From assembly GCA_029941565.1 (NCBI GenBank), contig JAPYRN010000004.1, positions 119,797 to 183,796 of the forward strand: 64,000 nucleotides of DNA, written 5' to 3'. The stretch comes from Candidatus Latescibacterota bacterium. GTDB taxonomy: Bacteria; Latescibacterota; UBA2968; UBA8231. Below, piece after piece: positions 38,754-48,422 of the stretch (position 1 is the first letter of the stretch; each line of letters opens with the position of its first letter). The position numbers and the translations under genes are program-made. The notes beneath the pieces were generated by a model. That model ran no database searches. It worked only from the letters and a program-made list of their open reading frames with translations, and had not been told where the DNA came from.

Positions 38754-41700
38754 TCAGTATGCCACCGCGATGACCCGCGTGCGAACGGATGACACGTCGG
38801 CATCATCTGCTTCCACTTTCAACCGACAGATATAAAGCCCAGGGGCGACGAGGTCGCCATTGTCATCAATACCAGCCCAGACAATCCCCTCACGACCGAT
38901 TTCCACCGCCTCTGCGCTCTGCCACACGAGGCGCCCATTGAGACTGTAAATCCTAACAACAGCCTGCCTGGGAACAGAAATCTTAAACACGGAAAAAACG
39001 ATCACAGTTTGGTCGTTGATGCCGTCCCCATTGGGGGTGATCGTGCTGGGGACGATTCGAAAATCATTGAGCAGTTGCGTGTCGAGTGGCACACCGATGG
39101 TCAGTGTGTTGGCCGCACTCAACGAGGTCGCATCCCCCGACTCGATATCCTGCCAGAGAGCGTCGGACCGCGTGCCATTGCGACCGTCCCGGACGGCGAT
39201 ACGCAGGGTGGTACCGTTGGTGAATACCGGCGCTTTGAAGCGCGCCACAACCAACGGTCCCGGGCCGCTGATCGTGCCGCGGCTGCTGGTGCGCAGTGCA
39301 TTGTAGCTGCCGGCAGTCAGTGAGTCGCCATCGACGGTGAAGGGAAACTGATCGCCATCACCCAGAAGTAGACGGAAATAACGGATCGGCCCCTGCTCCG
39401 GCTCCGGCAGAGCCAAGTAGGTGGTGGCATCGACCTGATTCAGCGTGATGCGTCCAGTGGTGCTCACGACTTGGCGAAAGTGGCGGACGTCACCCCTTTC
39501 ATTTTCCGGCAGGACACCATAGGAGGCCTGGGTCAGCAACTGACCATCGTGGCTGACCGGTACCAGGTCACCCTCAGAGGTAATGCGGTTGTAGGCCCTG
39601 TCGACATCACCGAGAATATTGAGATTCTCCGGAAGTCTGACCCAGATCGAATCGGAGCCGGTGGCCAGCAACTGTAAGGCCTCACCCGCTTGATCGATAA
39701 ATGGCTCTCCTGGCCCTGTGGGCCGAAATAGTCGCTGTGCAGTGCCGGACTCTGCATCGACACCAACGCCCAGATCGAGAAGTTCCAGGTCCTGCGATGC
39801 CGGCATGCGCAACAGGAGTTCATCGAAGCCGGTGCTGCGCGAAACGATGGGATTCTCGATGAAGTCGGGCTGTACGAAAACCGTGAATGTGTCGATCTGG
39901 CCTGGGTTGGCGATCTGCGCCGGCTCCATTTCCGCCAGGATGGCACCGGCCACCGGTTCGAGCAAGCCGATATTGATGGAGTGAATGGCGGCGGCCATAT
40001 CCTTGTCCTCAGAGGTCATACGAACACGGATCTGCAGGAATTTTTTATGTCCCGGGGAGGTCACACGGTCACCAGGTGTCTGGTATGGTCGACTCCAGGA
40101 ACTCCAGCCAGTGGTCGGTACGAAGCTCGTATCAGCCGGTCCCTTGAAAGTGGAGAACAGGCTGTTCCAATTGCTGAAGGGGATCTCGCTCCCCGACGCG
40201 TCGTAGTATTTGGTGACCTTGCCCAGAACGGAACCGGTACGGGTACTGATCTCCACGTTTGTTCCCGGGGGTACGTCCGCATCCCAGCTGATGCGTCCGG
40301 GGTTGCGTCCCTGGATCTCGACCAGGTCGGACTCCATAGCGACCGCCGCCGGATAACCTCGGGAGTAGAGCATGTATTCGCCGATGATGGGACCCGTATT
40401 GTACCCTCCTCGGCGGCTGGGGCTCGAGGATGTGACGATGGTTTCGATGAAGCGCATTTTCCGGGGTGGATCGAAGGAGTCCATAAGGAACCGATACAGA
40501 GTCAGTCGGTTGTCCTCGCGCTCCAACGGGCTGAGACGTTGCCATTTCAACTCGCCGGTGGCGTCTCGGGCACCGTCTGAGGAGCGCATGATATACCCAT
40601 CGAGAATGTAGTTTGACCCACGACGCGGAAAGACTGCGACCCGGATGGCGTCCATCCACAGGGTGGTTCCCATGTCGATGGTCATCACACCGCGGTCGAC
40701 AACCGGAGACCAGACCAGGTGCTGGAAGTTGGAACTGAAATCAGCATCAAAGGCGGGTGCCGCTGTGAAGTTGCCACCGCTGAGGTGGATGTTGCCACCA
40801 CTCTCGGTCAGCGTCGGGCTCAGATTGTCACCCCAGCCCCAGGCCTCGATATCGGCGAGTCGGGGACGTTCGCGGATGTAAAAGTCCCTTCGGCCCTGCC
40901 GCGCCGGTGGCAGGGCTTCGTAGTCTGCCAGACCTGCCATCGGTTCCTCAAAGCCCAGCTGGTCCTTGCTGAAGTAGACGATGTCACCACGATCTGACGG
41001 GATGATGTCCAGCCACGCCTGCTCCGAGTCAAGCAGTCGACCCCTGCCTCCCTTTGTGTCCGAAACCACGAAGCGGATCGTCTCGACAAGGCGACCTGAC
41101 CAATCCGGACCGGCCAGCGACTGTTGCAGCGGGATGGAAAATGTGAGTTGATCGACATTCGGCGCCTTGGTGCCGTAAACGAGGGTTAACTGAAGTTTTT
41201 CCTCCTCCTGCGAAATGGCCCGCTGGAAGGGAGAGTCGAGAATGCGGAACTGGCGGAAGGGATCGCCCAGAGTAGGATCAACGAAGTGCATGACCAGCGA
41301 GTCCACGGGCACGACCCGACCCAAGTCCACCTCCACCCACCAGTTTTCCACCGGGTCGTCGGGATCGGGCTCCCAGTATGTCGTTGGGTCACCGTCCAGA
41401 ATGTTGGCCGCCGTCGCAGGATTCGATCCCACCCGGCTGATTCCGGGTCGCAGGAGAAAGGAGTAGACCGGGAGTGTCTTTCCCTTCTTCGTCACCGTGA
41501 TGAGGTTGCCCTGCACGTCATACGTGACGGTACTGTCGATGTTCAGGATGCCCGACTGCCCCTTCCTGAGCTTGAAACCAGACAATGGCCGGGTAAATGT
41601 ATCGAGGTCATCGAGCAGATCGTAGCGGTCGCGGGAGAAGTGTGGTTGCAGAGTTCCGCTCGGAGTTACATCCACCGCACTCTTCGGCAGGTTCCAATTG

Positions 41701-41855
41701 TTCCAGTGCGACGCACTTGTGACGGTGATCTGGGTTGTCGTAACCCGGTGCCCGCTCTGGGCCGTCGCTTGGCGCGGCGCTGACAGCATCGCTGCCGTCA
41801 TGACAGCGGGCAGAATCCACGTCAGGGGTCGTACGTAGTCTAACCGAAGTCCCAT
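38754..41855 (-). CDS. very large secreted protein with T9SS type-B C-terminal domain
   Basis: Start at ATG 41855 with AGGAG RBS (six-frame N-terminal extension rejected). Signal peptide. C-terminus ITPNGDGINDQTVIVFSV...PGLYICRLKV. Confidence 0.75.
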   Translation of the reverse strand: MGLRLDYVRPLTWILPAVMTAAMLSAPRQATAQSGHRVTTTQITVTSASHWNNWNLPKSAVDVTPSGTLQPHFSRDRYDLLDDLDTFTRPLSGFKLRKGQSGILNIDSTVTYDVQGNLITVTKKGKTLPVYSFLLRPGISRVGSNPATAANILDGDPTTYWEPDPDDPVENWWVEVDLGRVVPVDSLVMHFVDPTLGDPFRQFRILDSPFQRAISQEEEKLQLTLVYGTKAPNVDQLTFSIPLQQSLAGPDWSGRLVETIRFVVSDTKGGRGRLLDSEQAWLDIIPSDRGDIVYFSKDQLGFEEPMAGLADYEALPPARQGRRDFYIRERPRLADIEAWGWGDNLSPTLTESGGNIHLSGGNFTAAPAFDADFSSNFQHLVWSPVVDRGVMTIDMGTTLWMDAIRVAVFPRRGSNYILDGYIMRSSDGARDATGELKWQRLSPLEREDNRLTLYRFLMDSFDPPRKMRFIETIVTSSSPSRRGGYNTGPIIGEYMLYSRGYPAAVAMESDLVEIQGRNPGRISWDADVPPGTNVEISTRTGSVLGKVTKYYDASGSEIPFSNWNSLFSTFKGPADTSFVPTTGWSSWSRPYQTPGDRVTSPGHKKFLQIRVRMTSEDKDMAAAIHSINIGLLEPVAGAILAEMEPAQIANPGQIDTFTVFVQPDFIENPIVSRSTGFDELLLRMPASQDLELLDLGVGVDAESGTAQRLFRPTGPGEPFIDQAGEALQLLATGSDSIWVRLPENLNILGDVDRAYNRITSEGDLVPVSHDGQLLTQASYGVLPENERGDVRHFRQVVSTTGRITLNQVDATTYLALPEPEQGPIRYFRLLLGDGDQFPFTVDGDSLTAGSYNALRTSSRGTISGPGPLVVARFKAPVFTNGTTLRIAVRDGRNGTRSDALWQDIESGDATSLSAANTLTIGVPLDTQLLNDFRIVPSTITPNGDGINDQTVIVFSVFKISVPRQAVVRIYSLNGRLVWQSAEAVEIGREGIVWAGIDDNGDLVAPGLYICRLKVEADDADVSSVRTRVIAVAY

Positions 41856-41907
41856 GGTCGTCTCCTGCGGATGCGCGAAACGTGCAACACACCGACTGGT
41901 ATCGAGG

Positions 41908-43620
41908 TCATCCTCGCACCAGCGAATCGGGGACCGCCTCAGCCAGGCGGTCCTGGTAAATCTTGATCTGTGAATCATACTTCTGCCGCAACTCCTGCAG
42001 ATACTGTCCAAGCTCCCGCCCTTCCAGCTCATGATGCAGTAAAGCGCGGGCTCTGGTGCCGGCCTCTTCGAAGGGTTCCGGGGCAGCCTCCGTGTGCTCA
42101 AGGACCCGAAAAACGGAATATCCGCCCTCGACCTCAACAGGTCCGTTCCAGGCACCAATTCTGGCGGCCATCACGTTCTGCACCAGAATTGGGTATCGCA
42201 GGGTGTCCTGGCGGTGGAAATGGAATCTGCCCTTGCGAGCAACTGCGTCCGAACGCAGGCTGCGGTCGATGAAGTCCACCACAGTCGCCCCCGCCTGCAA
42301 GCGTCCTCGCAGCGTATCTGCTTCTGCCGACGTCGGCACGAGCAACTCCTCCACGAAGGACGCTTCCCCGTGCTGAAACAAGGCCGGATGTTCGTCGTAG
42401 TATCGGCGCACATCCTCTTCGCCAAGGCTGAATCGTTCGCCCACAACCGTCTTGCGTAGACCTTCCAGGATCAGTTCCTGGCGCTTCTGCGTCTGCAGAC
42501 GCTGGATATCGGGATCTTCGTAGTAACCAGCCGCCAGAGCAGCATGGCGCACGAGAAACGGCACGAGGACGAAGTTGCGCAGGGTCGCAGCGGCGTGGCT
42601 GCTGTCAGTCAGACCGGAGGTGATATTAAAGCGCTCAAGGGTCGACTGCACCTCCCCCAGACTGATGTCGCCCTCCGCCCAGGTGTAAGTTGGTGCCGGG
42701 TCGTCCCGCAGAGTGCGCGGTTCGCGTCTGCGGTAGGCTTCCACCACCTTGTTGAGGGCTGCCCCTTGCAGTTCTACTGCGAAGTTGTTTTCCAGCAGCT
42801 CGTAGTGTGCCGCCGCGATCTGGCCCCGGCGTTGACGATACAATTCGGTCCGGATCGCATCACGGAACTTCGTCAGGGCGACGGGACGATCTTCGGTGAA
42901 GAGCACGACATGCCAGTTGCGCCCTGCCTTCAGTGGTTCCGAGACCTGTCCTAGAGGCAGATCGCGGAACACCTCAGGGGGCACGTGCATACGTGGCGCC
43001 AGATCGAGAGCCATGAAACCAAGCTCACCTGAGGACGCAGAAGAGCGTGGATCGATCGAACGCTCCTTGGCGAGCTCTGCGAAGGCACGGCCGGCGGCCA
43101 GTTCGGCGACGACGGAGTCGATGGCACCACGGCTCGCCGTCAGGATCGCACTGAATTTGCGTTCTCGGTAATACCCCTCGGCCTTGAAGTAGCGGCTGAT
43201 CTCCTCTTCTTCGATGGAGATCTTCGAGCCGAATTCGCGACTGCGGTAGATCGCTGCAACCCGTGCGTCCACGGCGTTGCGCAGGGCGTTGCGGAAAGAC
43301 TGGACCGTATCCAGACGCAGCGTCTCAGCCTCCATCAGCAGCAAGCGCCGGTCGATCAATGCCTGCAGGTGATGGACGCGAGCGTCGTCGTCGCTCTTTT
43401 GCGGGCGCAGACCGGCGGGCAGCTGGGAGATGTAGGCGCGCAGGGAGGCGGAGGAAATCTGGTGTGAGCCGACCTCGGCGACCGGAGGATCTTCGGGGGT
43501 TGTGCCGCAGTTCACCCACAGACCACTCAGAACCAGACACACTATCAATCTACTCTGCAACAGATAACTCCAGATCACCGTGGTTACATTGCCGTCGCTT
43601 TCTAGCCGATGGGGATACAT
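41908..43620 (-). CDS. SurA/PpiD-like peptidyl-prolyl cis-trans isomerase, probable lipoprotein (paralog B)
   Basis: Parvulin motif SGELGFMALDLAPRMHVPPEVF...PLKAGRNWHVVLFTEDRP. Paralog of 20822..22480. Signal ending VNCG. Confidence 0.7.
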   Translation of the reverse strand: MYPHRLESDGNVTTVIWSYLLQSRLIVCLVLSGLWVNCGTTPEDPPVAEVGSHQISSASLRAYISQLPAGLRPQKSDDDARVHHLQALIDRRLLLMEAETLRLDTVQSFRNALRNAVDARVAAIYRSREFGSKISIEEEEISRYFKAEGYYRERKFSAILTASRGAIDSVVAELAAGRAFAELAKERSIDPRSSASSGELGFMALDLAPRMHVPPEVFRDLPLGQVSEPLKAGRNWHVVLFTEDRPVALTKFRDAIRTELYRQRRGQIAAAHYELLENNFAVELQGAALNKVVEAYRRREPRTLRDDPAPTYTWAEGDISLGEVQSTLERFNITSGLTDSSHAAATLRNFVLVPFLVRHAALAAGYYEDPDIQRLQTQKRQELILEGLRKTVVGERFSLGEEDVRRYYDEHPALFQHGEASFVEELLVPTSAEADTLRGRLQAGATVVDFIDRSLRSDAVARKGRFHFHRQDTLRYPILVQNVMAARIGAWNGPVEVEGGYSVFRVLEHTEAAPEPFEEAGTRARALLHHELEGRELGQYLQELRQKYDSQIKIYQDRLAEAVPDSLVRG

Positions 43621-43778
43621 AGCTGGTCGGCTAGAATAATTTCGCTCAATTCGGGCCCTAATATAGATGAGCATGAATGGTTGTCACAAGCCGGTTGCCT
43701 TGCTGGAACTTACACCACTCTGATACTTTGCACCGTGTCGTCAAACGGTGTGGATTTCTGACAAACAAGAAGGCAAAG

Positions 43779-45188
43779 ATGAATATCCTCTTTATTCTGA
43801 CGGATCAGTTTCGCTTCGACTGTCTTGGTGCCCTCGGTCATCCGCTGGTTGAAACGCCCAATCTCGACGCTCTGGCATCGACATCGACGCTGTTTTCGCG
43901 CACCTGGTGTGCCACCATGGCCTGCGCTCCGGCGCGCGCTTCATTGTTCACCGGCTATTACGCCGACACCCATGGAATGGGCGGCAACCAGACAACTCTG
44001 GATCCGCCCGATCAGCGGGTACTACCCGAATATCTCGCCGCTGCCGGATACGACACGGCGTTGGTGGGCAAACTCCATCTGAAGCCGATGCAGCGGGATT
44101 TCGGCTTCCGCCACCTGCTGCGCCACGACGCGCCCTACACCAACTACAGCGAAGAGGAGGCACGTGATTCAGCCTACCTGCGCTATCTGGGGGAGACCGC
44201 TTTTCGCCACGACCCCGAGGAGGCGGTCCGGCGCTTTACCGAGGACGAGGCCGCCCAACACACCGACGAACAGCGGTTCATGCTCGGCAGCGGTTTCCTC
44301 GAGGCCGAACATCACGAGGTCAGCTGGGCAGTGCGCGAATCGATTCGATATCTGCGCCACGAACGGCCCACCGACAAGCCCTTCTTTCTCAACTGCTCCT
44401 TCTTTGGCCCCCATCAGCCCTATCTCTGTCCGCCCCCCTGGGATGCCCTCTATCCGGAAGCGGAAATTCCCCTGCCCGCCGACTTCCATTATTCCGTCGA
44501 AGACAAACCGCTGTTTCGCGACTCGGCGCAGATGGAGTGGCTCCAGCGCCGGGACCGCTGGGGCTGGGACGAAGGCACCTACCGCCGGCTTCTGGCCGCC
44601 TATTACGGCTATGTGTCGATGATCGATGACGGTGTCGGGCAGCTCTTGGCCGCTGTACGTGAGGAGGGTCTGTGGGATGACACCCTGATCGTATTCAGTG
44701 CCGACCACGGTGAGTTCGGGGGCCAGTTCCGCGCCTTCTACAAGGGGCTGCCCTACGAAGGCTCCTGCCATGTGCCCCTCATCGTACACGATCCCCGGGC
44801 TCCGTCGGGTGGCAGACGCTGTGATCGCAACACGAGCAACATCGATCTGTTTTCCACCTTTTTGCAGGTAGCGGGGGTGGCCCTCCCTGAGCACGTCGAG
44901 TCGCGTGACCTGGCAGCGCTGGTCGCCGGTGAGGAAACGGCGTGGGACAACCGGTCCCTGTGGAAAAAGGGAGGGCAATCTTTCCTTGTCCGCGACGACG
45001 ACAAGCTGGTGCGTGGCGAGGTCGGCACAGAGACGGTCTACGAACTCTACGACCTTGGCCGGGACCCCATGGAGGAACACAACGTCTTCGCCGAACCAGC
45101 GCGACAGCAGAGGCTTGTCGCCCTCCGCGCCGAACTGGACGCCTGGCACGCCGAACAACTGGACAAGAGACGGGGAAGACGAGGATGA
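43779..45188 (+). CDS. sulfatase (arylsulfatase family, Cys-type formylglycine motif)
   Basis: MNILFILTDQFRFD. FGly motif CAPARAS. LVGKLHL. 470 aa. RBS AAGAAGG upstream. Confidence 0.85.
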   Translation: MNILFILTDQFRFDCLGALGHPLVETPNLDALASTSTLFSRTWCATMACAPARASLFTGYYADTHGMGGNQTTLDPPDQRVLPEYLAAAGYDTALVGKLHLKPMQRDFGFRHLLRHDAPYTNYSEEEARDSAYLRYLGETAFRHDPEEAVRRFTEDEAAQHTDEQRFMLGSGFLEAEHHEVSWAVRESIRYLRHERPTDKPFFLNCSFFGPHQPYLCPPPWDALYPEAEIPLPADFHYSVEDKPLFRDSAQMEWLQRRDRWGWDEGTYRRLLAAYYGYVSMIDDGVGQLLAAVREEGLWDDTLIVFSADHGEFGGQFRAFYKGLPYEGSCHVPLIVHDPRAPSGGRRCDRNTSNIDLFSTFLQVAGVALPEHVESRDLAALVAGEETAWDNRSLWKKGGQSFLVRDDDKLVRGEVGTETVYELYDLGRDPMEEHNVFAEPARQQRLVALRAELDAWHAEQLDKRRGRRG

Positions 45189-45207
45189 AACGTCGCATGG
45201 CAGGCGA

Positions 45208-47199
45208 ATGAAGCATGCGATCCCCAAGCTGTATCGAATCTATCTCGAACGACGGGGCCTGACCCAGGCCGACGTCGGGCACGGTTCAACGATTACCATC
45301 CGTGGTCTGTTTGTGGGTGGTGTCATGTGCGTCGCTATCGCCCTGGGCGCCCCTTACACGACCATGCTGCTGCGTGGTACACCGATGGGCTTTTCGTCGG
45401 TCACGCCTGCCGCCTTCTTCCTGTTGTTTCTACTGCTGATCTGTCAGGTGATGTGGAAATTGTGCTGTAAGGATGAGGGTCGAGGGCTCACGCGCGGCGA
45501 GCTGATCACGATAACGGTGATGATGATGGTCGCCGCCGCGATTCCCACCCGCGGCGTAACGGGCATGCTGCTGCCCATGATCACCGGCATCCACTACTAC
45601 GCCTCCGCAGAAAACAGGTGGGCGCAGCTGCTCCATCCGCACCTGGCGGATTGGACCCTGGTCGATGATCCACAGGCGGTGGCGGGCTTCTACGAAGGGG
45701 GTGTCAGCGCCATCCCATGGGGTGGTTGGGTGCCGGCCTTGCTCGGATGGCTGCTGTTCTACGCCGCCTTCTATCTGACGTTGGTGTCGTTGTTGGCCAT
45801 CCTGCGTCGGCAATGGGTGGAACATGAACGCTTGCCCTTTCCCCTGGCCAGCGTACCCCTCGAGTTGTTCCGCGAAGGGGAGAATGTTGGGCCTCTGCCA
45901 GCTGTGCTGCAGAAGCCCAGCATGTGGGTGGGTTTTGCCCTGCCGATGCTCGTGGGCAGTCTGCAGGGCCTGCAGCACTACTTCGTGCAGGTTCCCACGC
46001 TCTCGCTCTCCACCCAGATGACGCTCTCGACAGGCGTCGTACTGCGTGTGGGTGTCAATTTTCTGATGCTGGGTTTTGCCTATTTCATCAATACCAGCAT
46101 CGCCTTCAGTCTGTGGGTTTTCTACCTGCTCATCGTACTGGAAAAACGAGTGCTCGAGGTCATGGGGGTAACCACGGTAAAAGCTGACCTGGGTCAGTGG
46201 ACGGAGCCCATCCTGGGTCACCAATCGATGGGGGCGCTGATCGTTCTGGTCGTCTCTGGCTGCTGGGTTGCGCGCAGCCACCTCAAGAGCGTCTGGCGCA
46301 AGGCCATCGGCAGCGATCCATTGATCGACGATGGCCAGGAGATCATGTCCTATCGCAGCGCTGTGATCGGTGTGGGTTGCGGTGTGATCGGTATGTCGGT
46401 CTGGCTCTGGCAGGCGGGGGTACCCTGGTGGATCGCGCCACTGTTCGTGTTTGGCGCGCTGGTGATTTTCACCGGCCTGACACGGGCCATCGCCGAAGGT
46501 GGAATTCCGACGATCTCGCCCGCCATGGTGCCGGCGGGGTTCGTGATCTCCACCGTCGGCGTACCGGCATTGGGCGTGGCGGGGGTCATCGCCACCGGAC
46601 ATACGTTGATCTGGAGTGGCGAGATGCTGGTCTTCATGATGGCGCCCCTGGCCACCGGCATGCGCCTCGGCAGCGAGATCACGGGCCATCGTCGCCGGCT
46701 GCTCTGGGCGATCGCTGCCGCCATGCTGATCACACTGGTGGTCTCCGTCTGGTTCACGTTGTATCTGGCCTATCACCACGGGGGCGTGAACCTCAGCAGG
46801 CAGTTCTTTCGCACCTTTCCAACCTATCCCGCCACCTTCGCCATACAGCAGCTGGAAAATGCCATGGGTCCGAGTCTCAGCGGTGGACTCTGGATGTTGG
46901 CTGGCGGCGTCATGATGATGTTGCTGATGGTCGCCCGTCATCATTTCGTCGGATGGCCACTGCACCCGCTAGGTTTCGCCGTGGCGCCGGGTTGGACGAT
47001 GAATGTGCTTTGGTCATCGATACTGTTGGCGTGGCTGATCAAACGCCTCGTGCTGCGTTTCGGTGGTGCCGGGACCTACGAACGGACCAAACCCTTTTTT
47101 CTGGGTCTGGTCATGGGACAGCTGGTGGTGGGGGGTGTTTGGCTCGTCATCGACAGCATGACCGGCACCGTAGGCAATGTCATCCCGGTTTTCTATTGA
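45208..47199 (+). CDS. large polytopic membrane protein of unknown family (paralog B)
   Basis: Start at ATG 45208, 19 nt after the sulfatase stop. Paralog of 22489..24504. The 44905 six-frame extension overlaps the sulfatase gene and is rejected. Confidence 0.7.
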   Translation: MKHAIPKLYRIYLERRGLTQADVGHGSTITIRGLFVGGVMCVAIALGAPYTTMLLRGTPMGFSSVTPAAFFLLFLLLICQVMWKLCCKDEGRGLTRGELITITVMMMVAAAIPTRGVTGMLLPMITGIHYYASAENRWAQLLHPHLADWTLVDDPQAVAGFYEGGVSAIPWGGWVPALLGWLLFYAAFYLTLVSLLAILRRQWVEHERLPFPLASVPLELFREGENVGPLPAVLQKPSMWVGFALPMLVGSLQGLQHYFVQVPTLSLSTQMTLSTGVVLRVGVNFLMLGFAYFINTSIAFSLWVFYLLIVLEKRVLEVMGVTTVKADLGQWTEPILGHQSMGALIVLVVSGCWVARSHLKSVWRKAIGSDPLIDDGQEIMSYRSAVIGVGCGVIGMSVWLWQAGVPWWIAPLFVFGALVIFTGLTRAIAEGGIPTISPAMVPAGFVISTVGVPALGVAGVIATGHTLIWSGEMLVFMMAPLATGMRLGSEITGHRRRLLWAIAAAMLITLVVSVWFTLYLAYHHGGVNLSRQFFRTFPTYPATFAIQQLENAMGPSLSGGLWMLAGGVMMMLLMVARHHFVGWPLHPLGFAVAPGWTMNVLWSSILLAWLIKRLVLRFGGAGTYERTKPFFLGLVMGQLVVGGVWLVIDSMTGTVGNVIPVFY

Positions 47200-47207
47200 G
47201 AGGGTGT

Positions 47208-48422
47208 ATGATCAGATCTCTGCGACCTGTCACCACATGGTTGTATCTGGCTCTCGGTATACCGGCTTGTGGCGCAGTTGAAGACAACGGCTCTGCCACG
47301 TCGACGGTGCTCGTCGTGACCCCAGGCGAAGGGGAGTCCTTTCGCGCCGCCGTGGCGGCAGCTGGACCGGGAGATCGGATCGCTGTACCACCGGGTGAGT
47401 ATGGCAATGGTCATTTCTTTCCGGGTCTGAAGGGTGAACCCGGACAGCCTATCGTCATCCTCGCCGCCGATCCTGACGAGCCACCGACATTTACCGGCGG
47501 CGTCGAGGGTATGCACCTCATAGAACCCGAGTATGTGGAGTTGCACAACCTGCATTTCAGCGGCCAGAGCGGCAATGGTCTGAACATCGATGATGGTGGC
47601 GACTTTGAGCAGCCGGCGCGGCACGTCGTTCTGCAGGGGCTCGAGGTGCGCGACATCGGACCGGATGGCAACCACGATGGCATCAAGCTGTCGGGGCTCA
47701 CCGACTTCCGCATCGAGGGTTGCACCATCGAGCGCTGGGGCCGAGGCGGTTCCGGAATCGACCTGGTGGGCTGTCACCGCGGCCAGATCACGAGGTCCAC
47801 CTTCCGCCATGGTGACAGCGCCGGCAGCAGTGGCATTCAGATCAAAGGCGGCAGTGCCGACATCCTCGTGCGGCAGAACCGTTTTGAGCATAGTGGTCGC
47901 CGCGCGGTGAACATCGGTGGCAGTACGGGTCTGGAGTTCTTTCGACCCGCACCATATGCCGGCTACGAGGCGACTCGAGTTATGGTGGAGGGCAACCTGT
48001 TCATCGGTTCGCAGGCGCCCGTCGCTTTTGTCAGCGCCGACGGCTCCACCTTTCGCTACAACACGCTGTATCGACCGGTGGACTGGGTGCTGCGTATCCT
48101 GCAGGAGAACAAGACGGAGAACTTCATTCCCTGTCGTGCCGGTGTCGTGACGGACAATCTCGTGCTGTTCCGTGCCGACGAGCTGAGCACTTTCGTCAAC
48201 ATCGGACCGGACACGGCGCCCGAGACATTTCGTTTCGAGCGCAACTTCTGGTTTGCGATCGATGACCCCAGCGCCAGCACACCAGAGCTTCCCGTAGCCG
48301 AAATCGACGGCATCGTCGGCGTCCCGCCTCTGCTCAAAGACCCGGAAGCCGGGGACTTCAGTCTCACCGCCGACAGTCCCCCATCGGTGCGTGCCGTCGG
48401 CGCTCATGCCCTCTTGGAATAG
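47208..48422 (+). CDS. right-handed parallel beta-helix repeat protein (pectate-lyase-fold), probable lipoprotein
   Basis: ATG 47208, 8 nt after the upstream stop, RBS GAGAGGG. Signal ALGIPACG. Repeated beta-helix rungs (NGLNIDDGG, HDGIKLSG, GSGIDLVG, SSGIQIKGG, AVNIGGS). Confidence 0.6.
   Translation: MIRSLRPVTTWLYLALGIPACGAVEDNGSATSTVLVVTPGEGESFRAAVAAAGPGDRIAVPPGEYGNGHFFPGLKGEPGQPIVILAADPDEPPTFTGGVEGMHLIEPEYVELHNLHFSGQSGNGLNIDDGGDFEQPARHVVLQGLEVRDIGPDGNHDGIKLSGLTDFRIEGCTIERWGRGGSGIDLVGCHRGQITRSTFRHGDSAGSSGIQIKGGSADILVRQNRFEHSGRRAVNIGGSTGLEFFRPAPYAGYEATRVMVEGNLFIGSQAPVAFVSADGSTFRYNTLYRPVDWVLRILQENKTENFIPCRAGVVTDNLVLFRADELSTFVNIGPDTAPETFRFERNFWFAIDDPSASTPELPVAEIDGIVGVPPLLKDPEAGDFSLTADSPPSVRAVGAHALLE

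Noticed and set aside
44905-45207. N-terminal 101-aa extension of the membrane protein ORF
   Set aside because: It overlaps the sulfatase gene in another frame. Paralog alignment supports the start at ATG 45208.
46197-47207. N-terminal extension (337 aa) of the beta-helix protein ORF
   Set aside because: Low-complexity Arg/Gly-rich translation lying antisense or out of frame inside the membrane-protein gene. A proper RBS plus ATG with lipoprotein signal is at 47208.
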